From a virus: a DNA stretch of 64,000 nucleotides. A model generated the notes under the pieces. The model was not told where the DNA came from. It did not search any database and saw only the letters and a list, made by a program, of their open reading frames with translations. The stretch is from the IMG/VR virus record IMGVR_UViG_3300020048_002392, positions 17,838-81,837 of that record, one strand, 5' to 3'. Position 1 is the first letter of the stretch. Each line of letters begins with the position of its first letter. The translations under genes were made by a program, and so were the position numbers. Positions 62,901 to 64,000 of this stretch are shown here, piece by piece.

Positions 62901-64000
62901 CGTTCAAGGCTTAACGGGTCAGGGCGTTCAAGGTATACAGGGAACCCAAGGTACTCAAGGACCTCAAGGTACTCAAGGTATCCAAGGTCGTCAAGGCGTC
63001 CAGGGTATTCAAGGTACACAAGGTACTCAAGGACCTCAAGGTACGCAAGGGACTCAGGGAATACAAGGTCCGCAGGGAACTCAAGGCGTCCAGGGTATAC
63101 AAGGTACTCAAGGACCTCAAGGGATCCAAGGTGTTCAGGGTATCCAAGGGCCGCAGGGTACACAGGGTATTCAAGGTACCCAAGGTACTCAAGGAACGCA
63201 AGGGATCCAAGGTACACAAGGACCTCAAGGTATACAAGGCGTCCAAGGAATTCAAGGTCGCCAAGGTATTCAAGGGACTCAAGGGCCACAGGGTACACAA
63301 GGTATTCAAGGTATTCAGGGTACTCAAGGGCCACAAGGTACTCAAGGTGTCCAGGGTATTCAAGGTACGCAAGGACCACAGGGTACTCAAGGTACTCAAG
63401 GAAACCAAGGTATACAAGGACCTGCAGCAACTGATGGTACAAACGGTACGAATGGTACACCTGGTGCGCAAGGTACACAGGGTACACAAGGACCACAGGG
63501 TATTCAAGGTATTCAGGGTACTCAAGGGCCACAAGGTACTCAAGGCGTCCAAGGAATTCAAGGTACTCAAGGCACGCAGGGTATATACGGTATTCAAGGT
63601 CTGCAGGGTCTAACTGGGCCAATTGCCGGTGTAGATAGTCAAATAATTTATAATAACAACGGTGTTCCTGCTGGCGCAAACGTATTCTTTGACGATACTA
63701 ATCAGAGACTTGGTATTAATACAAATTCGCCTTTAGCTAGACTTGATGTTGCTGGTGACATTCTAGTAAATGCAAATATAAATCTAAATTCAGAGGGTGC
63801 TACTCGCGCTACTACAAGTGAGACTCAGATTGCGTCATTTACTGCTTCTTCATATAGATCAGGAAAGCTTATAGTGCAAGCTTATGACTCTGTAACTGGC
63901 GAAGTTCAAATTTCAGAAATACTACTTGCGCATAACGGAACTACCGCGTCTGCTACCGAATATGGTATCGTGTACACTGGATCATCAAGCATAGTGAATT
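56905..64000 (+). CDS. Giant collagen-like (G-X-Q) fibre, >2360 aa, 3'-truncated (absent from the ORF track)
   Basis: ATG 56905 (MSKLLSDKVKK...AEPDLGLP). The frame reads as GTQ/GIQ/GPQ triplets and is still open at the window end. It carries three copies of a ~130-aa globular domain, a C1q-like domain and RLGINT..P...LDV.G near the end. Confidence 0.88.
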   Translation, partial: MSKLLSDKVKKTPSSQVSDDRYQFLKLSEAEPDLGLPSANGYLLTSDTDGIRIWVDPATIIGGGAGTQGLQGIQGISGPQGIQGLTGQQGIQGVIGEPGTQGVQGIQGTEGSQGIQGVQGTQGVQGIQGTQGTQGIQGQDGLQGTQGIQGTEGPQGIEGAQGAQGIQGVEGPQGTQGIQGTIGVQGVQGTDGSQGIQGIQGIQGPQGIEGSQGTQGVQGIQGTQGIQGTEGPQGTQGVQGIQGSQGIQGTEGPQGTQGVQGIQGTQGTQGVQGTQGPQGTQGIQGTQGPQGTQGIQGAQGSQGIQGPQGIQGTQGPQGIQGNQGIQGQQGIQGTQGPQGIQGAQGPQGTQGVQGIQGVQGTQGPQGIQGVQGIQGTQGPQGTQGVQGIQGRDGNFGGATFDYTFDTTISNFDPGVGRLRFNNFDITLASQLYIDDENDNGTDIQPFLRTIDDSTSTIKGHFRISNKIDASDFAIFTISSITEETGYFVVNSSYVSGSASSFSNDEDVIITFARTGDMGATGTQGAQGTQGIQGTQGPQGIQGTQGPQGIQGTQGTQGIQGTQGPQGTQGIQGTQGPQGIQGTQGPQGTQGTQGIQGNQGIQGTQGTQGIQGTQGPQGTQGTQGIQGTQGTQGTQGEQGIQGAEGPQGTQGVQGIQGTQGPQGIQGPQGTQGVQGIQGTQGPQGIQGPQGTQGVQGIQGQQGIQGTQGPQGTQGIQGTQGPQGTQGVQGIQGQQGVQGVQGTQGIQGTQGPQGTQGVQGIQGTQGTQGEQGIQGTQGPQGTQGVQGIQGPQGIQGTQGPQGTQGIQGIQGPQGTQGIQGTQGPQGTQGIQGTQGPQGTQGIQGTQGPQGTQGTQGEQGIQGTQGPQGTQGVQGIQGTQGPQGTQGIQGPQGAQGVQGIQGPQGTQGVQGIQGTQGPQGTQGVQGIQGTQGPQGTQGIQGTQGIQGTQGPQGTQGVQGIQGPQGTQGVQGIQGSQGTQGIQGTQGPQGTQGVQGIQGTQGPQGIQGTQGPQGTQGVQGIQGTQGPQGTQGVQGIQGQQGVQGIQGTQGPQGTQGVQGIQGRDGNFGGATFDYTFDTTITNSDPGVGKLRFNNFDITLASQLYIDDENDNGTDIQPFLRTIDDSTSTIKGHFRISNKFDPSDFAIFTISSISEETGYFVVNSSYVSGSASAFDNAEDIIITFARTGDMGATGTQGPQGTQGVQGVQGTQGPQGIQGTQGPQGTQGVQGVQGTQGPQGIQGTQGTQGIQGTQGPQGIQGTQGPQGTQGIQGTQGPQGTQGVQGIQGPQGTQGVQGVQGPQGTQGVQGIQGQQGVQGTQGPQGTQGVQGIQGPQGTQGVQGVQGIQGPQGTQGIQGTQGPQGTQGIQGPQGIQGTQGPQGTQGVQGIQGSQGTQGTQGIQGPQGTQGVQGIQGPQGTQGVQGIQGQQGVQGIQGPQGTQGVQGIQGPQGTQGVQGIQGTQGTQGIQGTQGPQGTQGVQGIQGPQGTQGTQGIQGPQGTQGVQGIQGPQGTQGVQGIQGTQGPQGTQGVQGIQGQQGVQGTQGPQGTQGTQGIQGTQGPQGTQGVQGVQGTQGTQGPQGTQGTQGIQGTQGPQGTQGVQGIQGQQGTQGTQGIQGPQGTQGVQGIQGPQGTQGVQGIQGTQGPQGTQGIQGPQGTQGVQGIQGRDGNFGGATFDYTFDTTISNFDPGVGRLRFNNSDITLASQLYIDDENDNGTDIQSFLRTIDDSTSTIKGHFRISNKFDPIDFAIFTISSITEETGYFVVNSSYVSGSASSFSNDEDIIITFARTGDMGATGAQGPQGVQGVQGPQGTQGIQGVQGIQGLTGQGIQGIQGRQGIQGTDGGMLTPGSYVVRAAKNGSNQNVTAGADAVVTMVDDFDPQGWWTPDKFQPTIAGYYSLTAQIWWGAGTITNDQTNLQLRKNGSTQLAITQTPVNASTIGEFLNLSTIAYFNGTTDYVEITAYTANPTSQLINGAASGTWFTAALYAYGQQGTQGTQGSIGQQGIQGVQGLTGQGVQGIQGTQGTQGPQGTQGIQGRQGVQGIQGTQGTQGPQGTQGTQGIQGPQGTQGVQGIQGTQGPQGIQGVQGIQGPQGTQGIQGTQGTQGTQGIQGTQGPQGIQGVQGIQGRQGIQGTQGPQGTQGIQGIQGTQGPQGTQGVQGIQGTQGPQGTQGTQGNQGIQGPAATDGTNGTNGTPGAQGTQGTQGPQGIQGIQGTQGPQGTQGVQGIQGTQGTQGIYGIQGLQGLTGPIAGVDSQIIYNNNGVPAGANVFFDDTNQRLGINTNSPLARLDVAGDILVNANINLNSEGATRATTSETQIASFTASSYRSGKLIVQAYDSVTGEVQISEILLAHNGTTASATEYGIVYTGSSSIVN
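58075..62270 (+). repeat. Three copies of a ~390-bp globular domain (GRDGNFGGATFDYTFD...FARTGDMGATG)
   Basis: Copies at ~58075-58470, ~60075-60470 and ~61873-62270, near-identical at protein level. Confidence 0.9.

Noticed and set aside
57185-63679. Long alternative-frame and antisense ORFs (LEYL.., LNTL.., FKVLK..)
   Set aside because: Shadows of the CAAGGTxxx collagen repeat. The real gene is the + frame from 56905.

Overview
A 64-kb, single-strand (+), gene-dense segment of a large T4-like (Tevenvirinae/Kyanoviridae-type architecture) myovirus genome. It holds, in order: the baseplate block (hub, gp5 with a C-terminal lysozyme, an M15 peptidase protein, gp25, gp6, gp7-like, gp8-like, a 1778-aa VrlC/DUF4815-like protein and a short fibre); an ~11-kb enzyme island (five radical SAM enzymes, one of them B12-dependent, plus four Fe/2OG/JmjC oxygenases) built around a 196-aa structural-looking protein that ends in CHSSCHTSCHANRGRR and has its own T4 late promoter; two paralogous three-gene modules (large protein + 154-aa protein + giant G-X-Q collagen-like fibre); six RCC1-like beta-propeller genes; and a glycosylation/sulfation/methylation/ADP-heptose cluster. 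The best candidate for an undescribed system is the radical SAM island, which looks like RiPP-type maturation machinery acting on a virion protein. All family calls come from motif recognition by eye; no database searches were run.
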